Source: the human T2T-CHM13v2.0 reference genome, Homo sapiens
NCBI RefSeq assembly: GCF_009914755.1
Contig: NC_060925.1
Strand: one strand, 5' to 3'
DNA length: 64,000 bases
The notes below the pieces were generated by a model. It was not told where the DNA came from and ran no database searches. It was given only the letters and a program-made list of their open reading frames with translations. Position numbers and translations under genes: made by a program. This document shows positions 40,291-53,479 of this stretch, piece by piece (the first letter of the stretch is position 1; every line of letters begins with the position of its first letter).

Positions 40291-43200
40291 AGAGGAATGT
40301 GGAAAATAGGTTTTTCTTTTTTTTCAAAGAACAGGAGGGACTTCAGCCTGTTGAAATGGCAATGAAAATGCCAGTAAAGAGGGAGGAGTTAGATACTAAG
40401 AAAAGAAAGAATGTGAGCTTAAGGCTCATACCATCAGTGAATGAGGAGAGTCCAGGAAGTTGGTAAATGTCTGAAGCAAGGAGAGGATTGTTAGGTAGAA
40501 TCTAACAGCAAGAGTTTTGGCTGAGCAGTGGTTTTCATGACAGGTGAGGAGAGCAATGGCAATTTCTTCAAAACTAGCTTCGATCAGATGTTTACATTTT
40601 AAATTTTATCTCAGACTTCAGTTTAACCCATCTAATCATCCCTTTATTAATATTTTTCTGAAGTTATTCTTATTTTGCTTTTTACAGTTCTTTTCATTTT
40701 CACCATTTTAAATGAGAATTTACTGAAAGAAAGGCCCCTGCGAAAGAGAAGCCTCATTAGAAGCTGTATTTAGACACTATTACCCACCATACTCTTAAGA
40801 AAAGGCGTGCGTTTTACAACCAAAGAGGCCACGCTGTGTGTTGGAAAAGCCATTCTTAATTCCACTAAATTCTGTGTCAGTAGCTTGTCAGGCATGCAAA
40901 AGACAGAGCTAATTTGACTTTCAAAAATACAGCTATTATCTGTTAGATAAAGCAGCAGCAATCCCCCCACCCCTTTTTTTTAATCAATGAAGCGTTCTGT
41001 TGTGTAGAGACAACGGCTGTTATTGTGCTTAAGATGAGTCCAACAGCAGTTCAAACTTTATACTCCATGAGTCTCTTTCAACTGGTGTGGATCTGATTTT
41101 CTAGCAACTTCATGGTAGGCCCAGGCACTTTGGCAATGGTTATTTATTATAATTAGAATAGGGAAAAAAGTAATGCTGAAAGTTTCATTTTAAATCTCTT
41201 TGAATTGATATTGATAATATTACTAGAAGAATGAACCTGAGATATTAATTAATCTCCTGGGACAGGGAACATTTAGGTTTTCGTTCCCCACAGTGTACAT
41301 AACACAGATTAGACTCTTAATTTTAGAAGCTTCCTTTTTAAAGTGAAGGACCCATGGAAGGAATGGCCACTGAAGATTAATTGCTGTGGCAGAAAGGACA
41401 GTGTTATGGCATTCTGTTAGAATTTTTATTCAGCATTTGTAATTGGATTTTTTTTTGAATTGTTACTTTTGTGTGTGTGTGGGGAGGGAGTTGTTGTCGA
41501 CCATTTATATCACCTTAATGAGTGCACAAGAGTCGGGAAGAGACAAAAAGAACATGAAGGAGTGTTAGAGAAATAAATATAGTGATAAAGTTACTAAGGA
41601 AAAGTGAATAGATGATATATAGTGCCAACCACTTTATTTTTGAAAAGTTGTGGGAGACTCTGGTGAGAAAAGGCACAGGTATTAGCCATCACTTTTCTGA
41701 GAGGAATTTTGATGATATTTCTTGGAGAGCTTGATCTATACAAATTACCAAATAGCTGAATTTGGGGTGTTTGTATATAGCAGTTCTTTAAACATAGACA
41801 AGAATAGAACTATAAGAACTATTTTTAAAAGTCCTAAGATCTGTGAAGACCAGGATCGCAGAATTCTACATCCTCTTCTCTTGTTGATAGTGTCTGCACT
41901 TATTTATAAAGGTAGAGTTCCATAAAATTCTACATCTTGGTAAAGAAGAATGATAGATTACTATTGGAGTTTTCTGCCTTGCTTGTGTGTCTGAGTGCTT
42001 TCTCAACGGTACCAAGACAAATAAAAAATCAACTAGTTAATTCTTGGTAAAATATTCATATCTCCTTTTAAAGAGGATAGTGCTAAGGTTATATCTATTT
42101 TTTATTTTGTCCTTTGATAAATCATGCTACCCTAACTACCTACATTTAGAAATATGCTTCTGCACTGTTAAAACCTCAGAATAAAATCAGCAACAACCAA
42201 TAAACTGTCTTTTGAAGAGTCAGAGATGACATTTTAATTTATAGCATCTCTTTCATTCCTTGTTTTCACTTGAGGGCATTGACAAGCCAAGAATAAGACA
42301 GCTGCCAGTTCCTTCCCAGACATGGTTGCTAATTTCAGTGTTACTCAAATGCAGCATTTATACCCAGTGCTCTAGTGATGACTCCTTCTGCATTCTTATG
42401 TTTACAGTTCATAGGAAGAGGCAGTTTGAAGTTCACATTTACACCTGACTCAAAATCATCGCTCTATTTTTATCTTTGAAATAAGTAGCTTGCACTAATT
42501 TGGCAATATTAATGTAACTTTTACTTTTAAACCTACAGGAAGTTGTTGTAGATGTGATATGTAACAAGCTACATGTCAGCATCATGTTGGGTGCTAAATG
42601 TTGGGTTAATGTGTGTTAAACTCTATACTCTACATTGTCCCTTTCCTCTTTTAACAGAAGATATGTTTGCAGAATGGCTGCAGTGAGTGTAGTATTTCAA
42701 TTGGTCATAGAATTTTCTTTGTGCCTGTAAGAAACAGAACACACAACTCTGGCCACAAACTTCATTTTATAACCAAATGAAATAGCTGACACAAATGCAA
42801 TAGCTACCTTACTGAATTTCTGCTTCTTTTAGAAAGTGTTGGGGAAAACACAGATCCTGAATGATAATGGAGGCTAGCCTTAAAATTCAGAACTATTAGA
42901 GCCATGTTTCACTCCCTGCTATGAGATTAGATAAGAAATGCCATAGTGTTTTTTAAGTGATTAAATACCACAGAATATTAGAGTTTTAGAACTATCCTAA
43001 TTATGGATATATATACTGAGGATTCTTTCCTTGTCTGGCCCCTTTATTAGACACATAAACTCTTTTTCTTTACAGAATTAGCATCATAAACATTAGAGCT
43101 TCCAAGAACAGGTGTAGGATTGCAGGTGGATCTAACTTTACTTAAGTATTCAGATGACAACAGTGTTTAATGCTCACATTTATACTCTAATAAAAAATAC

Positions 43201-43442
43201 ATATGCTTGGGAAAATTTTGAACTCATTGTATTCAAGCCAATTTTATAAGATCGTATTAATATCTTAACATACTTCTTTAAGATTTTCTTAATAACCTCA
43301 AGCTCTTAATATTCAAAAAGTCTGTGCCTGTAGGTAAATGATATTCTGTTTCTGATAACTTCCTGGCAAGATTTGGATCAAGTTTCTAATTTTAAAGGGT
43401 TGTGCCATTTGCAGTTCTAAGGCTGGACCTAATCTTCCACAA

Positions 43443-43602
43443 ACAGTGCTTCTTAAATTATAATGTCCATATGAGTCACTGGGGGTTTTTATTCAAAATG
43501 CAGATTTTGATTCTGTAGGTTTGGGGAGTAGATTCCGAATTTCTAACATACAGCTGATGTAGACATTGCTGACCCATGAACCACATTTTGAAAGACAAGG
43601 TC
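43443..43602. mobile_element. MER5-type hAT-Charlie DNA transposon relic
   Basis: CAGTGCTTCTTAAA..AAAATGCAGATT..TGATTCTGTAGGTTTGGGG..ACCACATTTTGA. Confidence 0.65.
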
Positions 43603-44111
43603 TAGGCAATTTCTTCTAGTTTATGTTTGCTTACCCTGAGATCTATAGGACTTGTGAGCAGAGCAAAGACTTTAAAAATCCATGATGGAACAAAGATTCT
43701 AAGACTTTTGTTTTTTGCTGATTTTACTTTTGTAAAATGAAATAATCATGAATACATTAATACTGTTTATTTTTGAAATTCTTATAAAAGGATGCTTAAT
43801 TACATGACTCATTATATTATCAATGAGAATGATAGAAATAAACACAAATACCTTAATACCACAATTATAATGTTAAATTCTGAAATTATTTTATACTAAA
43901 ATCATGAAAATACCAGATTACAAGCCATGAGAAAACAAGAACATATTTTTTATTGTTTCAAAAGTCACAGTGCTCACTTCATGTTAAATGATTAATGCAT
44001 GAAATGTACTATACACACACACACACATTTACAAATATATTCTTTCCCTCATACATATAAAGATACCTTCCACAAATAGTTTAATATATAATTCTCTTTC
44101 AGCTTAATTGG

Positions 44112-44158
44112 TGATTGTGTGATATTTGACTGTGTGATATTTGATTGTGTGATATTTG
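44112..44158. repeat. 15-bp tandem repeat x3
   Basis: TGA(T/C)TGTGTGATATT three times. Confidence 0.85.
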
Positions 44159-46537
44159 TGTTCCATCTAAGAACCCAGGCAGCGTCACTCTAGGTACCCT
44201 GCTTTTAACCACTGCAGCATGGTAAAATACTGTTTTATTCTCTCCTGTAAAGAGCTTTGGTTCCGATGTGGCATCCTCATGGTGTAATATGTTTCCACTG
44301 TATGAAGTTTAGGTAAATCCTTGCTGCTAGTGAAAATATGGCTGTTCTCCCAAAGGGAAGATTAAACTTTCACCTTTCACACATTGTCAGAGAATGTAAG
44401 CACAAAACCAGGGTGATTCCAAACGGAATGAAAAAGTTTTTTTGAATGTTTTAGACCACGTGCTTTCTTGTGGGGACTTGTGAAAACTTGAGTTTGTTCT
44501 GCCTTATGGCCTTGAGGAAAGAAGGAACCCACTGTGCCTTCACCTCTCCTTTAGTGGAGATGTGTTGTCTAGGATGAGTCAGCAACAGTTCTGATGTGGG
44601 CCTTGTAATGTGAGGGATGCATGTTGAACATTTATAAGATTCGCGAAATAACTATGAAAGTTTTTTTAACGGTTTATTTTGACAGTATGCTCATGCATAA
44701 AGTAGATATTCTAAATATGTGCAAATGTTCAGTTCTTTTTAAATCACGCTGTGTTGCTTTTTATGTCTTTGAAGTCCTGTGGAAAAATTGCTAAAAGTGA
44801 ACACATCACCGTGTAAGGGTGTGGATAGTCTCTATATTCTTGCTTAGGGCCATGAAATCTCCCCTTATATGATTTTTCCAAATCACATTAATTTTGATTG
44901 TGAGCCCTATTCCCTAGAGAAGGTGGGGGAATTCAGTGATCTCCCTCACTCCAAGGTCCTACAGGAATTCTAGGCATTTATAATTGCCTATAAATTAGGA
45001 GTAGGGCTTGCATAATCTTTGCTGTTTGCCATCACTGGCATCAACCCGTCTGTTAAATGTTGTCTTCGTGGATTCTGGCCATCCACTTTTTGGCAGGCAC
45101 TAAAATGCCTTTCAGAGCAGTCTTCCCCAGCGATCACGCAGCACACCAGGGAGATTTTACTGCTGTTCTCCGGGTGATGGTGTTTAGAGTTCAGACTCCA
45201 TGGCCATCCTGTAGTCACCATGCAGTGTACAATGCACAAGAAGCATGGGCTTCTAAAACTTGTAGAAACTAAAGAAAACCCAAATGCATAACATTTTCCC
45301 GAAGGGTAACCCTCTTTCCTTCAGCTTTATCTCTCCAATGTTGCAGCCTCAGTCCTCTCACCTGTAGGGCGACCTGCTTAATCCTCTTCAGAGGTCCCAC
45401 CTCTCAATACAAAGTGTTAATCATTCCCTTGGAAAAAGGAGCTTAGAACTCAATCTTCCTATTTGTAAATATTGGGGTGAGAAGCAGGGTGTTGGATATT
45501 TAGGGAAACATTATCTATTTAATCTTTTAAGAGTCTTCTTTAGCAATAAGAGCATGTAGGAATCAATATGAAAATAAATGATCTGTTTGGTAGCTATTCT
45601 TGAGTTTCACAGTGATCAGAAGCTCCAGGAAAGATGGAGAGGGCAGACTACTCGCGTGTCCTGTGTCCTTGGGCAGATTACTTCTCCTGTCTCTGCCTTC
45701 CACTATCTTGGGAGATATTGAGATATAGAACGAGTTGACGTATGCAAAGTACTTATATGCCTAACACACAGTAAGTGCTCAATAAATGTGACCCATTATT
45801 ATCACAATTGTTTCGAACACAATTATGAAAAGACATCTATTTCTTCAACGTCATCTTTGTATGAACCAAGAATATTCTTTTGGGTAGTCTGTGCATTTGA
45901 CTAATTTTCAATTTTTCACTTTAGAGACAAGAAATGTCCATTATGAATTTCTGTGTTGAGCAAATTATTGGACCCTTCTTTCTCAGCTTGAGAGAACAAA
46001 ATGGAGAATGGTATCTCCATTGTTAAACACTTTTCCGAAAACACTTGGGTATATTTCACTCCCTGTGCTCCCTCAGCAGCTGTCTAGATTTCTTTGTAAC
46101 ACTTGTCACATGGGAGTATAATCATGCACTTTTAAGACTAAGGCCTGAGGCTTACTCACAAAAAAAAAAAAAAAAAAAAAAAAAGAAGCTTAATTCTGAT
46201 TCTGGCATAGCAGTAAGATCTCAGGGAATATTGGATGAATGAGTAAAATATATGAAAGTGTGTGATTATTACTTTTTTTTGATATTGCTTCCTTTTTTGC
46301 TTCAGTGAGACAGAATTTTAGAAAACAATTTTATACTTCACTTTTTAAAGATTATAAATGACTCTTATTTCTATCCACTACTAACTAGAATTTTTCTGAG
46401 GTTGCATGCACAGGAAATTTTACAACACCTTTGAGTGAATTTAATTAATCTTTTTTACATTAATTATGGAGTTTCAAATCTTATTTTTTATAAATGACAT
46501 TGCTGTTGGTCTATACTTTGGCTAAAGTATATACTAA

Positions 46538-46945
46538 AATATATCTTTTCTGATATATTTTATATATATCTATATAAATATATCTTTTCTGATATATTTT
46601 ATATATATCTATATAAATATATCTTTTCTGATATATTTTATATATATCTATATAAATATATCTTTTCTGATATATTTTATATATATCTATATAAATATAT
46701 CTTTTCTGATATATTTTATATATATCTATATAAATATGTCTTTTCTGATATATTTTATATATATCTATATAAATATATCTTTTCTGATATATTTTATATA
46801 TATCTATATAAATATATCTTTTCTGATATTTTTATATATATCTATATAAATATATCTTTTCTGATATTTTTATATATATCTATATAAATATATCTTTTCT
46901 GATATATTTTATATATATATATAAATATATCTTTTCTGATATAAA
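46538..46945. repeat. AT-rich minisatellite (VNTR), 39-bp unit, about 10.5 copies
   Basis: CTTTTCTGAT recurs at 46545, 46584, 46623, 46662, 46701, 46740, 46779, 46818, 46856, 46894 and 46931. Confidence 0.95.
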
Positions 46946-48049
46946 TATTTCCTTAAATCAGTCTTCAGGTTATGACTGAACATGAGTTTTAGTTTATTAA
47001 TGGTTTTGGAATGTTTTAGAGTATCCACCCAAGATTTTAAAAATTCTAAGTATAATGAAATTGTTTCCCAATGGTCTTTTCATGGAAGATAATTTCAAGA
47101 TGAGTAAAGTGTTTCATAACGCATGTCTCTCTCACATCTCTTATCTTGTCTTTTCTGTGTAGTGGAGAAATATAATGTGTTAGTAAGGCACTGTTGTTCC
47201 TTCCTCATCTGCTTAGAATGTCAGGTAGTTTACGAAGTTGTTAAGTGGTTTTATGAATACAGTTAATCCTTTCCATCTCTGTACTTTATTAGATTTTTTT
47301 GTTTGTGTATGTGTGTATTCATGTGTTTTAGGTCGGATGAACACAGTGAATAATATTCTATGATATTTCAATAATGTCAATTGATCAAAAACCATATGCC
47401 ACTTCTGTAGAGAAAGTATGTGATTAAAATCTAATGGAATTAAATTTAAACAGAGACTAAATGTTTCTTAAATTACCAAGGACAAGTATGTTCTTAAAGT
47501 GTTTATGTCTAAGAGAATACCTCTGCTGCTCTAAAAATTTAAACATTTATGTGAAAATGCTTACTATATGTTATTTTAGTATATCTTAATATTATAAAAT
47601 CTTTCTTAAAAATAAAAATTAGGTAATGTAGAGACTGAAATGATGGATTAAACTTAGCTGAGCTGTGGTCTGAGGGTCTCTGTAAATTTTACTGGCTCCT
47701 TGGATGCACTTTTTCATTCTCACTCCTCACTTAATATATCAATATATTTTAATGAAATAATTTAGATAAAATTCCAGACAAAAATATTTTTAGTTGATGT
47801 ATAAGAATAATGCAAATCTCCAGATGCAAAACAAAATGACAACGTTGAGATTTTAACTTCGAAATGAAATATTAAAGAAATATAACCCAGTGCGTATTCC
47901 AGCAAGGCCTGACTAATGTCCACATCAGTAATTGCTGAGTATGTGCTATGTAGTTAGTACTTATTTAGTACCTTGAAAATTACAAGAAAAATAATGATAA
48001 TATCTACTGTGGGTAACTTTATGGAGTGTGTAATTTATAACAAAGAGGA

Positions 48050-48265
48050 AGCATTGTTTAGTGGTTTAAACAAGGACTCTGAAACTGTCTTGCTTGGGTT
48101 CAAATCTCCCTTCTGCTACTTATTAACCATGTGAACTTGGACAAGTTACTTGGCTGTTTTATGTCTCAGTTTCTTCAACTGTTAAATGGGAGTAATAATC
48201 CTACTATTATTTATGAAGCTTAAATGAAATTATGGCATAGTATGCACAATATAAGTGTTTCTTAA
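48050..48265 (+). mobile_element. MIR
   Basis: TGGGTTCAAATCTC..ATGTGAACTTGGACAAGTTACTT..TCTCAGTTTCTTCAACTGTTAAATGGG. Confidence 0.75.
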
Positions 48266-48357
48266 ATAAACAAAAATCCTAAGCAAACTTCTTAGGACTT
48301 TACATTATACATACTTTATGTATTCATTTCAGTGATACTTTGAGATATGTACTGTCT

Positions 48358-48583
48358 TTATTTTAATTTTTTTATTTTAATTTTTGTTTATTTTTATTTA
48401 TTTATATATATTTTTTTTATTATATTTTAAGTTCTAGGGTACTTGTGCACAACATGCAGGTTTGTTACATATGTATACATGTGCCATGTTGGTGTGCTGC
48501 ACCCATTAACTCGTCATGTACATTAGGTATATCTCCTAATGCTATCCCTCCCTCCTCCTCCCACCCCACAACAGGCCCTGTGT
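48358..48583 (-). mobile_element. Very short L1PA 3' end with T-rich tail
   Basis: TTTAAGTTCTAGGGTAC..GCTGCACCCATTAACTCGTCAT..CCCACCCCACAACAGGCCC. Confidence 0.9.
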
Positions 48584-49003
48584 AAGAACTTTGGTTAAAG
48601 TTTAGTTAACATAGTCCAGAATCACAGAGCTGTTATGTTTTGGGGCTGGAACTCAAACTTGCCTCACTTCAATGTTTACTTGTGCAGCAGCTTTGCCTGT
48701 GAGCAGTGTGTGGGGTAAGTGGGAAGATGAAATGGGCTTAAATAACCCTTTGGAAAAATGCTGCCAATAAGAGAAGACTTTACAGCTTGAATGTAGATTG
48801 AGATGGGCTTTATAACTTAGGTAGCCTTTTAATATATGGAATGGGTAGGGGTTGCATTTCAATTTTGGAAAAGAAAATCATAAGAACAATATTTAAAGTG
48901 AGATTGACATAATCTGTCCAATATATATTATTTAGGGAGCTTAGCTATTTTTTTATGATTTATGCTAGTGAATAAATATCAAGAATTATGTCTTGCTTTA
49001 GTG

Positions 49004-49183
49004 CAGTGGTTCTAAACTGGGAAACAATTTTGCCTCCTGGTGCACACTGGGCAATATTCTAGAGACATTTTTGTCAAAATCGGGTATTTCTATTGGCATC
49101 TAGCAGCTAGAAGTCAGGGACAACACCATAGAGCAAAGAGTTACCTGGCCCAAAATGTCAATAGCATTAAGGTTAAGAATCTC
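49004..49183. mobile_element. MER20-like hAT relic
   Basis: CAGTGGTTCT..TTTTGCCTCC..GAGACATTTTTG..TGGCATCTAG..GGCCCAAAATGTCAATAG. Confidence 0.7.
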
Positions 49184-52100
49184 TTTTTAATGAAAAAGAA
49201 TAATTTTTCTTGCCTACAGTAAGTGGAATTCATATATATTTAAATCCATATAGCTAAAATGAATAATATGAATAAATTAATATGTTTTATCACGGTATAT
49301 AAGAATTTCTGGAGAATTACTCTTTCTATTCAATCTAGAAAGATTCCAAGAAACATCCGTACATTCTAAGCATTTAAAACATTCCAAGCATAGATACAGA
49401 TTCCAAAGATATGTTTTTTCCCTCCAAGAAGATATCACAGAAGTTTAAGTAAAATGACACTGCAGGCAACAACGACACTTTCAATTCTGTTTTAGATCTA
49501 CATTTAGTCTTCTTTGTGTTGTTTTGGCGTATATTTCTCCCCATTTTCCCATGAATATCAACATCTTTGCAATAAATCATTTTTATTGTATACCAACTCT
49601 CAGTTAGCTATTCATTAATGTACTAAATCAATTGCTAGTACGAAATGTACCAAGTTGATCATGAGTGGATACTATTGTGCTGTCTTGCTGACATCCATTT
49701 GACTGATGGCACTTTCTGATAGTGTCATGCTGCCTTACACTCCCTTACAAAAGGAAATGTGACTTTAGAAAGCACTATTATACATATTCAGCCTATGAGA
49801 AAAAAGGAAATGAAATGTACAGCTTAACTTGGAGACTGCCTAATAAAGGGATTTCAACATAGTGTTAATAAAACTGCATTGTAATTTCAAATGAGGGAAA
49901 GGCATTCCACATTTGAGTTCCTAGGCAATGCTCAAGTTGTTGTAAAATCTTTACTCCTTTCTCCCCACAGAATTACTGCCCAAGTTCTGTTTACTAAACC
50001 ACATTGGATTCTTCACTAACTTTTCCAGCTTCTGCACTCCCAGCAATTCCCAGGAATTGTCTTTCAGCATCTATAGCCATAACGCTTATAATTTTGATCT
50101 CTTTCTGGAGGGAGCAGGGGCTGCTACATGTAAACAAGTCCTGTGGCACTCTGCCTATTCCTTGGAGTTATTATGAAGGGAGGTAAGCTGAGGTTCAGGT
50201 TTTTTTAATATAAAATTAATACTTACAAATAAAGGTTAATTACAAATATACTTGGAAGAAATGACTGACATTGATTTATATTACAATCCAAATAAACAGG
50301 TTGGGGACAAACACCAGGAGGGTTGAGACCTATTACCAAAGAGTAAAATGAAGTTTGAGTGGAGACTGTTGTGCCTATGATAAAGGTGACCTGCTCCACA
50401 GTATCGGTTAGGGTCAGTCCATCATCCTTTCTTTTAGTAATGTGTATCATGTTCCTATATCTCAGACTTTATGTGAGACTCTTGGACACAGGAGTGAATA
50501 GGAAGGCTGTGCTCACTGCTATCATGGAGTTTACAGTTTCATAGAGACAAAAAGAGGTAGAAGTTATTAGTACTGGAATATTTGACTGAGAAAGAACTCT
50601 GGTTTCAGAAAGACTGGGTTAAAACCCCAACTCTGAATGAACTTGCTCAGCTCACTAAATGCCTCTGAGTCTCAATTTCTTCACCTCTGATGGAAATAAT
50701 AATACCTAATCAGCAGGTTGAAGCTTTATGTGGAATTATTTTTATTTTATGCAGATGTATCTAGATAAAACCTCTGGGGAACTTGATTTAAAGTTGCCAG
50801 TTTCACCCAATAGGAAAACAAAACAACTAGTTGACTAGGGAAGTGGGGACTAGATAAGGAAAGAATGGAGAGAACATCTCATTCCCCATATTTCTTAACT
50901 GTACCGTCTTTGGACTCTTATCTTGGATATTCTTGGGACAAGAACAACAACTTGAATAAACTTTAGCTATCAGCTAAAACGTCAAAAGAAAACATAACAA
51001 CATGTACAACTAAAAGTACAGCAAAGATCTGTTAGAATGAATATTTCTGCCATCAATATGCCTGTGTGGAATGTTTGAAATGTGTAGATTCCAAAGATGC
51101 CTCTTTGCCGTAGAGTGATATTCCAGTGAATGGCTGAGAAGGGTCACTGACTAGAGGGAGAACCTTGGGTTTGATGGGGGGTTGGGAGGGAGCCTTTAAG
51201 TCTTTCTCACCATATTTAGGCCTGACTTGGTAGGCAGTGAAGGTCAAAAGTGTGTTTCAGAAGGATAGTTGTGGTTGCATTATAGAAGGTGCCTTGAGAA
51301 TAAGCAACTAAGAGATTATGCTAATAGTCTATGTGAGAGGTGGTGCTTAGTTGAATCGGGGCAATTATTTTGAATGAAATGAAGGAGTCAGATGTTAACA
51401 TCATTTTGCAAGTGAAAAGCTAAAACTTAGAGACAGATTGGATATTTGAATCGTGAAGAAAAGACAACTCTCGTGTTTCTAGGCCAGACGGTTAGAAAAG
51501 ATGACATCATTAAATAAAATAGGAAAGAAAGTGAGGAAAAATAACAAGTTTTTATTTTAGTTTTTTTTTGTTTTGTATTAATTTTTGTCTTACATTTAGG
51601 AAAAGAATGATGAAAATAAGTTTGCTTTGTAAATATTGAGTTTGAGGTATCTTTAAGGTATTCAAGGTATTTTTGAGGCATTTGAGAGCAGATTTAAGAT
51701 TTCAGAATGGAGGTAGGGCTCACAGATGTAGATTAGGGAGACACTGACATTTATGTGCAAGGCAGAACTAAAGGAGTGTTAAAGAAAATCCAGAACTGAT
51801 TCAGAGTAACTAAACAGGATTGAACTATTTCAAAATATATTACTTAAGAATAGATTATATGTTAACATATAATCAAGAACCTCATATTTGTCATGTTTAT
51901 ACTTCTTCCCCCTTGTAGCCTTGAGGATATGAAGGAATGCATTGTAGCTGCCATTTAAACCTTGAAGATAATCAACTTTAAAGGATCTGAGATTAACTAG
52001 ACTACACAATTAATGCATGTCATGTGATATGAGGGGTGCATATTGAGTGTTTTCAAGACCATATAAATAACTGCGATCATTCCTTTGCAACTTGGTTTTG

Positions 52101-53160
52101 ACTACATGAGCAATACAGTGTTCAAAGGCCTCGCTTCCTTTTGAAGAATTCTAATAAGAGATTTGTAAGGGACACAAGAAGAAAGTCCACAGTTTAGTGA
52201 TGAGTTGAGGTGGAGAAAGCTGGTGAAAGATATAGAGGAACTATTTAGAGAGGTAGGTAGGAAATCACAAAATAATGATATATTAGACACAAAAGAAAGA
52301 TAATTGCACCAAGGATGTTGCATATGTGTTAAGTAAAGTGAGAAAAAGCTCACTGAATTTGGCATTGAAGTTAGGTTCGAGAGAATGAACCGATTAGGGT
52401 AACAGAAGAAGGCAGAGGACAGTAGGTTGGAAACTTATGGAATAATGAGATTTAGAAGCAGTAAGTGTAGACTATATTTTTCCAAAATCTTTGATGTAGG
52501 AGAGAAAAGATCTGGAAGAATTGTAAGAATTAATGAAATTTTGTTCATTTTTTTAAGGATGCCCAATATTTGTTTATATTTATAAGTTGAGAGAAAGTAG
52601 CTAAGGCAAAACCAATATTTACAGATTAAATTTGAGGCTGGGGATTAAAAAATAAGAAATATCCGAGAGAAGCGGTATTGAGAGAAGAGTGTAAGGATAC
52701 TTTTACTTCTAAGATAATAGAGGAAGAACTTAAATATGAATACATTATTAAATTATAAACATATTTTTTAAATTGTGAGATATAGGGAAGGAAAATTGAA
52801 GGACTACATCTAATCCTCCCCCTTTTTTTTTTTTTTTTAGTGAAGTGTGAGTCTGAATTGTGTCCTCAAAAGAGAAGTAGTAAGTAGGGTAGGTGGCTTG
52901 AAAAAAACAGTACATGTTTTAGCAGCCATGTGGAGAATGGTGGGTGGAGGGGAAGGATAGGGATGATTATAGTTTGGCCAAGTTAGGAACTAAATGGTCA
53001 CTGAAGTATGCTAAAGTGACTAATAGCAGTGTATTTACTTTTCCTAAGAACAACTTAGGAAACACATATTAAATTAATTTTTTTAAATGTCTAGAGGAAT
53101 GAAAAGCTGATGAGTAAACTGGGACTTGAGGGACTAAGATCTCAGAAGAGAAATAAGCCA

Positions 53161-53473
53161 GGCTTGGCGTGGTGGCTCATGCCTATAATCCCAGCATTTT
53201 GGGGAGCCAAGGCAGATGAATTGTTTGAGCCCAGGAGTTCGAGACCAGGCCTGGACAACATGGTAAAACCCCATCTCTACTAAAAACACAAAAAATTAGC
53301 TGAGCATGATGGTGTGAGCTTGTAGTCCCAGCTACTTGGGGAAGGGGGCTAAAGTGTGAGGATCACCTGAAACCAGGAGGTTGAGGCTACAGTGAGCTGA
53401 GATGGCACCATGGTGCCACTGCACTCCAGGCTGGTTGACAGAGTAAGATCCTGTCTTCAAAAAAAAAAAAAAA
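53161..53473 (+). mobile_element. Alu (AluJ-like)
   Basis: Alu dimer with poly(A); flanking GAAATAAGC / GGAATAAGC. Confidence 0.88.
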
Positions 53474-53479
53474 GAAGGA

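Noticed and set aside
46538-46945. Regularly spaced repeats as a possible CRISPR-like array
   Set aside because: Units are contiguous with no unique spacers, in a eukaryotic intron; this is a minisatellite.
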